Source: Mobula hypostoma (lineage: Eukaryota). Taken from it: a DNA stretch of 64,000 nt. A model generated the notes under the pieces. It saw only the letters and a program-made list of their open reading frames with translations. It did not search any database and was not told the DNA's origin. Made by a program: the position numbers and the translations under genes. Below are positions 49,870-63,435 of the stretch, one piece after another (the first letter of the stretch is position 1; every line of letters begins with the position of its first letter). Location of the stretch: contig NC_086125.1 of assembly GCF_963921235.1 (NCBI RefSeq), forward strand, positions 26,846,001-26,910,000. The letters run 5' to 3'.

Positions 49870-51066
49870 CACTGTTTACTGTAAGCCGCGCTGTAACTGA
49901 AGTGCTCATGCACGCATAGCCTTTGTTACCCTGCAGCTGGAATGTTCTTTTATACAACATTAATATAATTTTGAAAATATGTTATGCAAAAGCAAAAATT
50001 ATCAAATTACGGTCAAGTATCTTGGTGACATACTCAAAAAATTCTGGCGAACGCAGCAGGTCAGGTAGCATCTATAGGAAGAGGTACAGTCGACGTTTCT
50101 GGCCGGGACGGGTCCCGACCGTACATCTTCCTATAGATGCTGCCTGGCCTGCTGAGTTCACCAGCATTTTTGTGTGTGTGTTGCTTGAATTTCCAGCATC
50201 TGCACATTTCCTCGTGTCTGTGTTTTTAAGTACCTTGGTGATACCGTTTATAGGAGTGAAAGCTGTGCTAGCATCTCTAAGTTCTGACATCGACACTGCG
50301 CCCTATTACTTTACTCTTTGAACGTGTATGTAATCAATTGGATAATGGCATTCCTGACGATGAGTTAAGAGAATGGCAAGCTTTTGACTATGTTGCTATT
50401 GCGAACGCAAACAGTCTTGAATTTGGAAAAATGTTTACGACTGACGAAAGAAATTACTCAGCTACTATTATGAACTACGGCGAAAGCATTTCTTCAAAAA
50501 TATCGCAGCAACAGTGTGATTTCAAATTTGTCAATTCTAAGAAAGTTAAGATTGGTTCAATTAAGGCGTTCACTGATGTGTTGAATTTTGCGTAGAGTCG
50601 AAGAATTTGAAGAACTGTCAATTTTTATTGACATCATTGGAATGTTTCAAGCTTCTAGTGCTGACTGTAAGCGTGGATTCGGCCTTATGAATATAATGAA
50701 ATGTAAATCCTGAAACAGACTAGAAGTGGAACAGCTGGATGATCTAATGAGGATTAAGACATATCTTTCATCTGGATGTGAAATTAATCTGGACAGTGTT
50801 TATAGACAATGGAGTTGTAAGAGACAGATGAGAAAACGTTTACGAAATGTGAAAGATTTTCTCTGACATATTGTATTTCATTACATACTTCAATTAATAA
50901 ATAAAATCAGAAGTATATGATTCTTCAGTTTTCATTATAAATATTCCTAGTATGCATAGTACAAAAACATTTAAAATGCCGCTCAGTTTTCAAGCCCTGC
51001 CAAAACTTCCTGCTTAGGTCAATGGTTGGGCTGAGTAGCTATTTAAAAAATTAGAGGAAACCATAG
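49870..51066 (+). mobile_element. Decayed hAT transposon (C-terminal dimerisation domain); boundaries approximate
   Basis: About 50640-50760 translates FQASSADCKRGFGLMNIMKCKS*NRLEVEQLDDLMRI. Confidence 0.7.
50029..50227. mobile_element. Fold-back Penelope-terminal-repeat element inserted in a hAT fossil
   Basis: TSD AAGTAYCTTGGTGA (50015-50028, 50228-50241); near-palindromic internal structure. Confidence 0.75.
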
Positions 51067-51312
51067 GGTAGAATTAGGCCATTCAGCCTATCAAGTCTGC
51101 TCAGACATAACATATTGGCTAATTTATTATTGCCCTCAACCCTATATTCCCGTTGTCTCCCTGTAATCTTTGACACCTTTCCTTATCAAGAGCTATCGAC
51201 CTTCTATCTATATGCCCCGAATGACTTGGCCTCCACAGCTTTCTGTAGCAACAAATTCCACAGATTCACCACCCTCTGGCTAAAGACATTTTTCCTCAGG
51301 TGGAAATGGCTA

Positions 51313-52060
51313 ATAGTCATAGTCATAGTCATAGTCATACTTTATTGATCCCGGGGGAAATTGGTTTTCGTTACAGTTGCATCATAAATAATAAATAGTA
51401 ATAAAGTCATAAATAGTTAAATAGTAATATGTAAATTATGCCAGTAGATTATGAAATAAGTCCAGGACCAGCCTATTGGCTCAGGGTGTCTGACCCTCCA
51501 AGGGAGGAGTTGTAAAGTTTGTTGGCCACAGGCAGGAATGACTTCCTATGACGCTCTGTGCTGCATCTCAGTGGAATGAGTCTCTGGCTGAATGTACTCC
51601 TGTGCCCACCCAGTATGTTATGTAGTGGATGGGAGACATTGACCAAGATGGCATGCAACTTGGACAGCATCCTCTTTTCAGACACCACCGTCAGAGAGTC
51701 CAGTTCCATCCCCACAACATCACTGGCCTTACGAATGAGTTTGTTGATTCTGTTGGTGTCTGCTACCCTCAGCCTGCTGCCCCAGCCCACAACAGCAAAC
51801 ATGATAGCACTGGCCACCACAGACTCGTAGAACATCCTCAGCATCAGCCGGCAGATGTTAAAGGACCTCAATCTCCTCAGGAAATAGAGACGGCTCTGAC
51901 CCTTCTTGTAGACAGCCTCAGTGTTCTTAGACCAGTCCAGTTTATTGTCAATTCGTATCCCCAGGTATTTGTAATCCTCCACCATGACCACACTGACCCC
52001 CTGGATGGAAACAGGGGTCACCGGTACCTTAGCTCTCCTCAAGTCTTCCACCAGCTCCTT
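51313..52060 (-). mobile_element. Young Rex/Babar-like LINE 3' end (explains most of the 264-aa ORF)
   Basis: YKYLG...KKGQSRLYFLRRLRSF; (TGACTA)n tail. Confidence 0.85.
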
Positions 52061-52709
52061 AATGCAGGAAGGCATAATTTTAAGGTGGTTGGAAGAAAGT
52101 ATAGGGCAGATATCAGAGGTATTTTTACAGAGAGGCACATTGATGAAGGAAAAACAGAGGGCGAGAAGGGTTGAGAAACATAGAAAATGTTTGATCGTGT
52201 AGGTTAAAGGTTGGCACAGCATTATGGGCTGAAGGGCCTGTACTGTGCTGTATTGTTCTATATTCATCCAATATTTGCAGGTCCAACAATTAGGAACTGA
52301 TTGTGGACGTCAAGAAGGGGAAGACGGGAGAACCCACACCAGTCCTCACCGAGGGATCAGCAGTGGAAAAGGTGAGCAGCTTTAAATTACATCACTGAAG
52401 GTCTATCCTGGCCTGACATATTGATGCAAAGGCATGAGAGCAGTTAGACTTCATTAGGAGTCTGAGGAGATTCAGCATGTCACCAAAGACTCCAGCAATT
52501 TTCCATAGATGTATCATGGAGGGCATTCGAACTGGTTGAATCACTGTGTGGTGTGAAGGTGCCAATGCACAAGACTGGAAAAAGTTCCAGAGGCAAATAA
52601 AGGCTTATTTTGTTGCTTTGTTTTGTTACTGTTGTTGTTGCTTGTGCTTTTCTGCTGAACATTCTGGGCAGAATGTGTGGCTGCCCCCCAGCAAATTGTT
52701 AATACAAGT

Positions 52710-52920
52710 AACACACACACACACACACACACAAAATGCTGATGAACACAGCAGGCCAGGCAGCATCTATCTTTCTTTCAGTTAGTCCTGACGAAGGGTC
52801 CCGGCCCGAAATGTCGACTGTACCTCTTCCTATTGATGCTGCCTGGCCTGCTGCGTTCACCAGCATTTTGTGTGGGTGTTGCTTGAATTTCCAGCAACTG
52901 CAGATTTCCTCATGTCTGTG
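52710..52920 (+). mobile_element. Short fold-back Penelope-terminal-repeat element with hammerhead motif (52784-52819)
   Basis: 13-bp TSD TGTTAATACAAGT (52697-52709, 52921-52933); inverted termini; CTGACGA...GAAATGTC core. Confidence 0.8.
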
Positions 52921-55900
52921 TGTTAATACAAGTGATGCATTTCACTGTATATTTCAATGGACATATGATAAATAATTGAATCTGAAGCTGCCAACCTCAT
53001 CCCATTTGCATATTCCTCTAAATCTTTCCCATCCATGTACTTTTATGAATATATTTTAAATGTCACTATTGTCTGCACTTCAACCACTTTCTCTAGAAGC
53101 CTGTTTCAAATACCTAGCAGGACTCTGCCTGAAGAAGTTGTTCCTCTCCTTAAACCTGTGCCCTTTAGCTTTAGATATGGCCCTTGTGGCTAAAAGGATC
53201 AGGGGGTATGGAGGGAAGGCTGGTACAGGGTTCTGAGTTGGATGATCAGCCATGATCATACTGAATGGCGGTGCAGGCTCGAAGGGCCGAATGGCCTACT
53301 CCTGCACCTATTTTCTATGTTTCTATGTTTTAGAATCCCTCTCTGCCAAAAAGACCGTGAATCTCCTTCTGTCCAGTCCTGATGAAGGGTCTCAGCCCAA
53401 AACGTTGACTGTTCATTCCTCTCAATAGATTATGCCTGACCTGCAGAGTTCCTCCAGCATTTTGTGTGTGGTGCTCTGAATTTCCAGCATCTGCACAGTG
53501 TCTTGTGTCCAGATATCTAATGGAGAATAAACAATGGTACTAATGTAGGATTAATTTAGATGTATGGTTTAAAAAGAATATGGAAAATAGTAAGACACTC
53601 AAAATGCTGGAGGAATTCAGCAAGTTGAGCAATAGCAATGAAGGCGAATAAGCTCCCTTCTTTTTTCACCCTTTCTTTCCAATCCTGATGAAGGGTCTCA
53701 GCCTAAAACATTGGCTGTTTTTCCCTCTCCATAGATGCTGCCTGACCTGTTGAGTTCCTCCACCATTGTGTGTGTGTTGCTGTGAATCCCTTCTTCATTT
53801 GTTTCACATCAGTATTTCTGTTGTGTTATTCTCACTCAATGCACCCTCGAACACAAGGCAGAAGCCTCTAGGTTCTGTTTGCTGGTGATTATCGCTGCTT
53901 TACTGTTAAGGAGAACACACATCTCTGACTGAGTGGGCCTCCAGCTCTGTGGTTTAACTGTGACGCTCTCCCTTTGTGCAATTTTTTTTTTGTTTATCTT
54001 CCCAGCCAGTCGAAACCACAAACTTTATCCAACATCGACAAGAAAATGTGAGGCCTTTCGTCTGAATCACCACCCCCTCCTCCAAAGTTCAGCCTCTGTC
54101 CAACCTGCACAGCACATGCTAAACCCCAAAAGCATTTTAAGCGCCAAAACAACAAATACAAGAACTCTGTAAGCCTTGTCCTAGTTGGAGTGAGTTTGCA
54201 GGGTGGTTTACAGGGAAAAATATTGCTCAAAGTGAGAGGAGATGGAAGATGGAAAATTTACATCACTGTTGACATTGTAGATTACTGCAATGTCCTAAAT
54301 CTAGAGTAATTGAATCTTACCCTGCTAGCCCCATCTAAGTTCGTCCCATTTGTTCATGTTTGGCCCATATCTTTCCTAAGTCAACCATCCAGCTCCTGAA
54401 CCAGTGTGGATAAATTCACTCACCACAACACTGAACTGGTCGCTGAACACAACCTGTGGGCTCACTTTCAAGGACTCTACAACTCATGTTCTCAATGTTA
54501 TCTATTTATTTATCATCTGTCTATCTATCTATATATCTATTTATTTTATATATTTGCACAGATTGCCGCCTTTTGCGCAATGAGTGTGTGTCAGCCTTTA
54601 TGTGTTGCTTTTCATTGATTCTATTGCATTTAGTTGTTCTGTGAATGCTGACAAGAAAATAAATCTCAGGGCAGTATACAGTGACATATAAGTACTTTGA
54701 TAATAAATTTACTTTGAACTTTAGAGCTGTCTGAGCGCTTTTTAAACGTTGTTAGTGTAGCTGCCTCGACCACTTCCTCTGGCAGCTCATTCCACATTCT
54801 CCCTAAAAACATGAGAAAAAATTCAGTTGACAATCTGATTCATAAAACTACCATGTCCCGTGGTTTAAAATTATTCTCTGATCTTCGCTCTGTATAGGGT
54901 GATTGTCATTTTTGTAATTTTAATACCCAGAAACTTACAGCACAGTTCAGACCCTTCAGCCCACAGTCTTGTGCTACCCCATGAACAAAGATCAATCTAA
55001 CCCTTCCCTCCCAACATATACCTCCATTATATTTATTGCGTTTTAAAAATATGTTCTTCATGATTATTTTGTTTATTGGATCCAGAGTAACAAACATTTT
55101 ACTCTCCTTTACGCTTCCATACTGAAGTACGACAATAAACAATTTTGAATCGTGAATTTTTCTTTCAACCATGTCCCTAATGTATCTGTCTCTACCACCA
55201 TCCCTGGCAGGATGTTCCATATACCCAACACTCTGTGTAAAAATCCTACGATACCTCTGCCATCTCCCCTATACTTCCTCCAATCACCTTCAAATTCTAC
55301 CCTCTTAGGTGAGTAATTTTCACTCTGGGGAAAGGTCTCTAAAACCTGCACTGCAGGTAAACATTAAGCTGCTAGTCGACAGTGTGGTAGATTGTTGAGG
55401 ATAAGAGTCTATCTCATAGCCCTGTGGAACCATTTAATGGTCTTAAAACAGCAGGGTAAAAGCTGTCCTTGAGCCTGGCAGCATGCCTGTCACACTTTTG
55501 TATTTTGGGAGGGGGGGGGGCGAAGAACAAATATCCAGGATGGGTGGGTCTGCGATTGTTCTGGCTGCCTAACTGAGACAGTGGGAAATGAACGTGCTAT
55601 CGGGGTTGGTGGTAGAGGACATTTAAGAGACTTGTAGATAAGCACATGGATGATAGAAGACTGAAGGGCCGTGTAGGAGGAAAGGGTTAGATTGATCTTA
55701 GAGTAGATTAAAATGTTGGCACAGCATTGTAGGCCAAAGGGAATGTGCTGGGCTGTCAAGTTCGATGTTACAATTTATTCTTCATCTGCTACTGATTTAC
55801 TTTGCTCTATAGTTATGTACTATGTAATGAATTGATCTGTATGAACAGTATGCAAGTTTCCCACCATCCAGGACATCTCATTACTACCATCAGCAAGGAG

Positions 55901-56349
55901 GCACTGTACAGATGCCTGAAAATGCACATTCAACTTCCTCCCCTCCACCATCAGATTTCTGAACAGTCCATGAACACTGCTTCACGACTTTGCTCCCATT
56001 TGCACTAATGTATTTTGAAAAATATTTTTATTGAGTCTGAGAGTATTTTTTATATATCGTAATGTATTTTTGCTACAAAAAAAACCCATGGCGTATGTCA
56101 GTGATAATAAACCCGATTCTGATTCTCTGGAAAGTTATCTCACGTGCAAAGTGGCAATCCTGGACCAAACTGGAATCACTGAAGGATGCTCGACTGCTGA
56201 GACAGGACCGGAATGCAATCACTTCCTACAAAGTGAAACCAAGCAACATTAGGCGACAACAAGGCTTCGCTCCCAGACAAGCCCGATGCTCTTTATGCTC
56301 GCTTTGACTGTCAAAACACGAAGGCACCTCCACAAATTCCCACAGCCTC

Positions 56350-57790
56350 TGATGACCCTGTGATTTCAGTCTCTGAGGCCAATGTGAGAGCATCTTTCAT
56401 GAGGGTGGACCCATGGAAAGCATCTGGCTGAGATGCGGTATCTGGCCGAGCACTAAAAATCTGTGCTGGAGTGTTCACCTATATCCTTAACCTCTCGCTT
56501 CATCAGTCTGAGGTACCTGCCTGCTTCAAGCAGTCTTCAATTATACCAGGGCCCAAGAAGAACATGATAACCTACCTAGATGACTATTGTCTGGTAATGC
56601 TTACATCCACAGTGTTGAAGTGTTTTGAGAGGTTGGTGATGAAACATTTCAACTCCTTCCTGAGAAGTGACTTGGATCTGCTCCAATTTGCTTACTGGCA
56701 CAGCAGGTCACCAGCAGATGTCATCGCATTGGCTCTTTACTGAACCCTAGAACATATGGACAGCACAGATGCATACATTCTCTTTATTGACTCCAGCTCG
56801 GCATTCAATACCATCATCCCCTCAAAAATAATCAACGAGCTTCAAGACATTGGCCTCAATACCTCGTTGCGTAATTGGATCCTTGAATTCCTCACTTACA
56901 GGACCCAGTTAGTTCAGATTGGCAACAACATCTCCACCACAATCTCCATCAGCAAAGGTGCACCACAAGGCTGTCTGCTTAGTCCCCTGCTCTACTCACT
57001 TTTTACTCAGGACTGTGAGGCTAAGCACAGCTCCAATGCCATATTGAAGTTTACTGATCACACCACTCTCGTAGGCTGAATCAAAGTTGGTGACAGATTA
57101 GCATATGAGAGGGAAATTGCAAATCTGGCTGAGTGGTGCCATAACAACTCACTCAATGCCAGCAAGATCAAGGAGCTGATTATTGACTTCAAGAGGAAGA
57201 AACCAGAGGTTCATGAGCCAGATCTCATCGGGGGATCAGAAGTGGATAGGGTCAGAAATCTTAAATTCCCCGGTGTTATCATTTCAGAGGATCTGTCCTG
57301 GGCCTGCCATGTTATGAAGGAAGCACGGCAGAGCCTTTGCTATCTTAGAAATGTGCAAAGATTTGATATGTCATCTAAAACTTTGACAAACTTCTACAGA
57401 CATGTGGTGGAGAGTATATTGATTGGTTGCATCATGGCCTGGTATAGAAACACCAATACCCTTGAACAAAAATTCTGACTACAATTAGTGGTTAAGGCCC
57501 AGTCCGTCATGGATAAAGACCTTCCCACTATTGAGCCCGTCAACTGTACATGGAGCACTATCATAGGAAAGCATTCTCCATCATCAAGGACCCGCTCCAT
57601 CCACACCAGACCATGTCTACTCTGGCTGCTGCAATCAGGAAGAAGGTTAGGACCCAGCCCATCAGGTTCAGTAACAGTTATTACCCCTTCAGCCATCTAG
57701 CTCCTGAACTTCACTCACCCCAGCACTGGACTATTCCCATAACCGTGGACTCACTTTCAAGGACTCTTCATCTTATGTTCTTGATATTTA
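56350..57790 (+). mobile_element. Rex/Babar-like LINE RT, decayed, about 1.4 kb
   Basis: [38 protein letters not shown] (degenerate FADD) with stops and frameshifts. Confidence 0.85.
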
Positions 57791-59036
57791 TTTTCAACCT
57801 TGAAGACAAGCTTGTCACAGTACCACCATATACCGTATGTGACAATAGTGACCCAGTTCCACTTCCAGTTGCAGTTCTGGCTGCGAACTGTGATAGGTGA
57901 TGAACACTGAGGTCAGGCAGATGCTAACGTTGGCCAGTGAATGTGTTTATATATCAGTGTGATTGGGATACGTAGCACATGTGGACTGTCTGATAAATGA
58001 CCACTTCCCAGCACTTCCACTATCTGTCTCCTCATGCACTTTATCCTCCTTCCTTCCTTATTATTTCATGTTGTCCTTTCATTTTCATTGCCTCTGATTG
58101 TGCAATCATTAAAACAGGTCACCAACTGTTAAGAATTGAAACCAAAGACTCCAGCAGGATGTATTGTGGAGATCATTCTAACTGGTTGCATTGGCGTCTG
58201 GTATGGAGGCTCCAAATGCACAGGATGACAGGAGGCTGCAGAGAGCTGTAGACACAGCCAGCTCCGTCACAGGCACAAACCTCCCCTCCATCCAGGACAC
58301 CCTCACAAGGTGGGACATGCCACCATCAGGAAGGAGGTAGAGGAGTCTGAAGACTTACACTCAACTGTTCAGAAACAGCTTCTTCCCCTCTGCAACACGA
58401 TTTCTGAATGGTCCCTAAACTCATGAACATTACTTTCTTTTTTTGCACTATTTATTCTGGTAATTTATCGTGATTTTATACGTTTACAGTGTTCTGCTGT
58501 CACAAAACAACAAATTTCACATCGTCTTTCTGAGCTGTTCATGAACACTCCCTCACTATTCCTGTTTTGCTCTCTTTATTTATTGTAACTTACATTCTTT
58601 GTTATACCCGCACTGTACTACTGCCACAAAACAACAGATTTCACAAATTATGTCAGTGATAATAAACCTGATTCTGTTTCTGTAAAAGGAAGCCTTTGGG
58701 CTCACCAGGACTCTCTCAGACCCCTGCAAGAACGAGTCAGACTCATTCCCCATTGCCCCACAATGTACCTTTCCCTCTCGTGTACCAGGACATAACCACG
58801 TCTCTTCTTCCCAGTTGCAGAAGCTGACTTAAATTAAGCATTAACACCTTTTTGGGCTGCATTCTAATGTTAATTAAATGATTTGAAAAGCAGAATGTGA
58901 GGCAGTAACGCTGGCACTGAGGTCAGCGCTGGAAGCCATGCCATTATTGGTCAGATCGGATTGTGGATCAGAGTGAAATCTGATGCAATTAAATCCAATC
59001 GCTGGCTTGTGTAGAGGCTCAGACCCTGAGGTGAGT

Positions 59037-59038
<2 letters not shown>

Positions 59039-59085
<47 letters not shown>

Positions 59086-59150
59086 GTCACTCTCCCTCTC
59101 TCTCTTTTCCCTCTCTTCTCTTTCTCCTCTTTTTCTCTCTCTCTCTCTAT
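59039..59150. repeat. (CT)n microsatellite / polypyrimidine tract
   Basis: Direct inspection. Confidence 0.95.
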
Positions 59151-59261
59151 ACCACAGTGCCCATGATATAGCTGAGTTCAGCTTCTTTTGACCCTGTTCC
59201 ATGCCCCCCCCCATACCAGACGGTTGTGCAGCCAGTGTGAATGCTCTCCACAGTACATTTT

Positions 59262-59925
59262 TTTAAGATTATGAGAACACTCAGTCCTCGTTTATTGTCA
59301 TTTAGAAATACATGCATGCATTAAGAAAAGATACGATGTTCCTCCAGAGTGATATCACAGAAAAACAGGACAAACCAAAGACTAACACTGACAGAACCAC
59401 ATAATTATAACATATCGTTACAGCAGTGCAAAACAATACTATAATTTGATAAAGAACAGACCATGGGCACGGTAAAAAAAAAAGTCTCAAAGTCCCGAGT
59501 CCCCAATAGCAGGCGGCAAAGGGAGAAACTCCCTGCCATAAACTTCCAGGCACCAACAACTGCCGATGCATTGGAAGAACCCGACCACAGCCAACACTCT
59601 GAGTCTGTCTGTCCGAAAACTTCGAGCCTCCGACCAGCCCCTCCGATACAGCCTCCCGAGCGCCATCCTCTGCCGAGTGCCTTCAACCTTGCCCGGCTGC
59701 TGAAACAAGCAAAGCCGAGGATTCGGGGCTTTCTCCTCCGGAGATTCCAGACCACACAGTAACAGCGGCAGTGAAGCGGGCATTTCAGAAGTTTCTCCAG
59801 ATGTTCCTCTGCACTCTCACGTCTGTCTCCATCAAATCAGAATTGTGCACGGTCCCCTACCTGACAAATAACAGACATCACCACCGAAGTGGCCGCACGC
59901 GCTGCGTCGCGCCGCCATCTTTTCC
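59262..59925 (-). mobile_element. Young CpG-rich non-coding retroposon (5' AAGATGGCGGCG, Rex/L2-type 3' tail) inserted in a LINE fragment
   Basis: YY1-like start motif; AATGACAATAAA tail; interrupts a colinear LINE remnant. Confidence 0.6.
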
Positions 59926-60169
59926 TCCTCCTGTAGAAATCTGCGCGTGTCTCTGATGACATACCAAATCTCCTCAAACTGCTAATGAAATATAGTTTAC
60001 CAGACTCCTCTGTCCTGAGCCAGTCTTTCAAGATGAAGCCCTTTGAAGATCCCTTCTCTCCCAGGGATGAGGTCTTTGGAGCTTCTGTTGGTGTTTCTGC
60101 AGCACTGTTTTTTTAACGGAAAGGGGTTGCTCGCCCTATGTCCAACCTTCTGCCATCAAGCTGCCTAAC

Positions 60170-61275
60170 AAACTACAAGCCCTGGTATTACAGGACAGAT
60201 TCTAGTATGGATGAAGCTGATTGGCAGGAGGCAAAGAGTGGGAATAAAGGGAGCCCTTTCTGGTTGGCTGCCAAATAATGGTGTTCCATGGGGGTCAGGA
60301 TTGGGGCTGATTCTTTTTACATTATATATCAATGATTTAGATGATGGATTTGATGGCTTTGTTGCAAAGTTTGCAGATGATATAAAGATAGGCAGGGCCA
60401 AGTGGTTTTGAGGAAGTAGAGAGGCTACAGAAGGACTTGGACAGATTAGGAGAATGGGCAAAGAAATGGCAGATGGAATGTGTATGCTCATGCACTTTGG
60501 TAGAAGAAATGAAAGGGTTGACTATATTCTAAATGGAGAGAAAACACAAAAAAATAGACACAACTTGGGATTCCTTGTGCGGGATTCCTCAAAGGTTAAT
60601 TTAGCGGTTGAGTCTGTGGTGAGGAAGGCAAATGCTACGTTAGCACTTTGTTCAAGAGGACAAGAATATAAAAGCAAGGATGAAATGTTGAGAATTTATA
60701 AAGTACTGGTGGAGCCTCACTTTGAGTATTGTGAGCAGTTTTGGCCCTCTTATCTTTGAAAGCATGTGCTGAAACTGGAGAGGGTTCAAACGAGGTTCAC
60801 AAAAACGATTCCAGGATTTAATGACTTGTCAGATGAAAAGAGTTTGGTGGCTCTGGGCCTGTATTCACCAGATTTCAGAAGAATGAGGGGTGACTTCATT
60901 GAAACCTATCGAGTGGTGAAAGGCCTTGATAGAGTGGGAGTGGAGAGGATGTTTCTGATGATGGGAGACACAGGAGAGTCTAAGACTGTCTCAGGATAGA
61001 AGGGTGTCCTTTTAGAACAGAAAATAAGGAAGAATTTCTTTAGCCAGAGAGTGGTGAATCTGCGGAATTCTTTGCCACAGGCAGCTGTGGAGGCCAAGTT
61101 TTTTTTTGTGTATATTTAAGCCAGAGGTTGGTAGATTAAATATTGATTGATCAGGTCAAAAAAGAATACAGGGAGAAGGCAGGAGATTGGGGCTGAGAGG
61201 AAAATTGAATCAGCCATCATGAAATGTTGGAGCTTGTCGATGGGCCAAATGGCTTAATTCTGCTCCTTTGTCTTA
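60170..61275 (+). mobile_element. CR1-like LINE 3' fragment
   Basis: LYINDLDDG...KFADDIKIG, LVEPHFEYCEQFW, RRMRGDFIETY motifs. Confidence 0.85.
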
Positions 61276-63237
61276 CCTGTCTCTAGTTCTAGCCCACTGT
61301 CAACATTTGATACATACTCTTGCATCACCGTTCTGTTAGGCAGTACCAAAGCAGGTACTTTGCCTCAATTAATCCAGGGGAATGTTTTTTTGGTTTGGTT
61401 GAGCCCCCTCCCCCCACCCCAGTAACACGCGTTTAAATATGCTGCCTGTATCCTGCTCTCACTCCTGCTTGTCCCGCTCCCTTGAACTAGATCGAGGTTC
61501 AAACGTATAGGGTCAACTTTCTTTGACACATAAAGTACATTTACATTATGTAATTAGAATTTGCTGGGATGTGTTGGTCAGGGTGCAACATGTAAAAAAA
61601 CAACCCAACACTCAACAATTATAAAGAATAAGAATTATATAAAATATTAAATTGGAGGTTAAAGGACAGATATGGAATAAAATATACATATTACATTAAT
61701 ACCAGCACATATTTACAATGTAAACATCATTAGAAAAAGTGGTTTTAATTAAAGGGGTGGGAAGACTAACTAGAATGTTTGATCAGATTAACTGCTGGGG
61801 GAAGGAACCTTTAAGATGATGTGAAGATCAGTCGTATCAGACTCAACCATTACCAATGGAAGTGAGTTCAGCACAACCCTCTCCACCATCAAGGACATTC
61901 TTAAAAGGCAATGGCTTTAAGAAGGGGGCTATCATCTTTAAGAACCCTCACCATCTAGGAAACTCCCTCTTCTCATTACTACCATTGGGGAGGAGATACA
62001 GGAGCCTGCAACCCAACACTTAAAGACTTAGAAACAGCTTGTTCCCCTCTGCCGTCAGATTTCTAAATGGCCCATGAACTCACAAACACCGTCTCGCTAT
62101 TCCTCTTTTACACAATTTATTTATGTTATTTCTTAGCGTAGTTTGAGGGCTGTGCATGTGCATGGGTGGGTGGGTGGGTGGGAGGAAAGGAGATATGCCT
62201 TTTGTTGCTTTTTCCTTGGTATGTTCTGCATTGTTCTTCTGAGAATTGATGGCACCAGAATGTGGGGTGACATTTGTGGGCTGCTGGCAAGACACCCTTG
62301 GGTGTGTTGGTTGTTACCTCAAATGATGCATTCCTCTGTACATTACAAATAAATCTAAATCTGATTCTATTATAACTTCTAGTGATTTTTATGTCTTGTT
62401 TTGTACTGCTGCCACGAAACAACACATTTCACAACATATGTCAGTGATTCAGGTTCAGATTCTCTCCCTGATTCCTCTGATTTCCCTGCTGGATCTGTTG
62501 CTAACTCTCTTAAACTGACACCCTCTAGTCCTGCTCTTCCCTAGAACTGGATTTACAGCCAGTGGTGACGACATTACAAGCCTATTGAGGAAGTGAAGCA
62601 TAGAGGGGATGCTGATTTCCGTGATGTGCTGAGCCGTGTCCACAACTCGCTGTAGTTTCGTGCGGCCTCAGCCGGAACAGTGCCGTAGCGCTACAGGATC
62701 TGACTGTGAACAAATTATCTGTGGCTTTTCCCAGCAATGGGGAATTGTGACTGGAACTCCAGGGTACTCGAGTAGCGATATTCAGAATAACTTCCCCTCT
62801 ACCATCAGACTTCTGAACGGACCATGACCCTGTGAGCACTGCCTCACTTTCCTGCTCTCTTTTTGCAGTACTTGTTTTTTGTATTCCTTGTTGTAAATGA
62901 ATGTAATTTTTTATTTTGCATTGCACTGTACTGCTGCTGCAAAACAACACATTTCACGACATACAGCGTGTCAGTGATAATTCTAAACTATTGAGTAGGT
63001 TATAGCTTAGAATTATAGTGAAAACAGCACCATCTCTCATAGTAGCTTGGGGCAAAAACTATTGGCTCCCAACCCAGATTCGAGAGTGGGTCTACTTCAA
63101 TTAAGAAAGGTTTCATCAGATTAAGGAAGTATTGAAATTGCTTCTCAGCAATGGATTGGAAGGTTTGGTTCTCTACTCCTGGCTCCGCCTCCAATTGACA
63201 CAACCCCACCCCCCCGACTCAAACTCCTTCCCTCCAG

Positions 63238-63435
63238 ATCTCAGAGATTGGAAAACAGTCTTGATGTGTTTACTTGGCTCAGAAGCCTTTCAGGAACAGT
63301 CAGAGCCACTCCAAAGCAAGAATCTGCAGATCATGATTAGTGCCAACTGCCTGTGGAAACTGGGACTGTACCCCTTGCTGTTGAGTGCAGTTGCTGCTGT
63401 CCTGAAGCCACGACCCTCCAACCTGGATCTCAAAA
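63238..63435 (+). CDS. Putative exon of an unidentified gene; ATG at 63333 gives signal-peptide-like MISANCLWKLGLYPLLLSAVAAVLKPRPSNLDLK
   Basis: Pyrimidine tract + CAG acceptor, AA|GTGAGT donor (phase 1), open frame, non-repetitive sequence, hydrophobic core. Confidence 0.4.

Noticed and set aside
51473-52267. 264-aa ORF as a host gene
   Set aside because: Chance fusion of an antisense CR1 tail with a LINE ORF2 C-terminus
57895-57995. Possible C/D-box snoRNA (GTGATGA ... CTGA)
   Set aside because: No terminal stem, no recognisable rRNA guide and no evident host intron; such short motifs occur by chance
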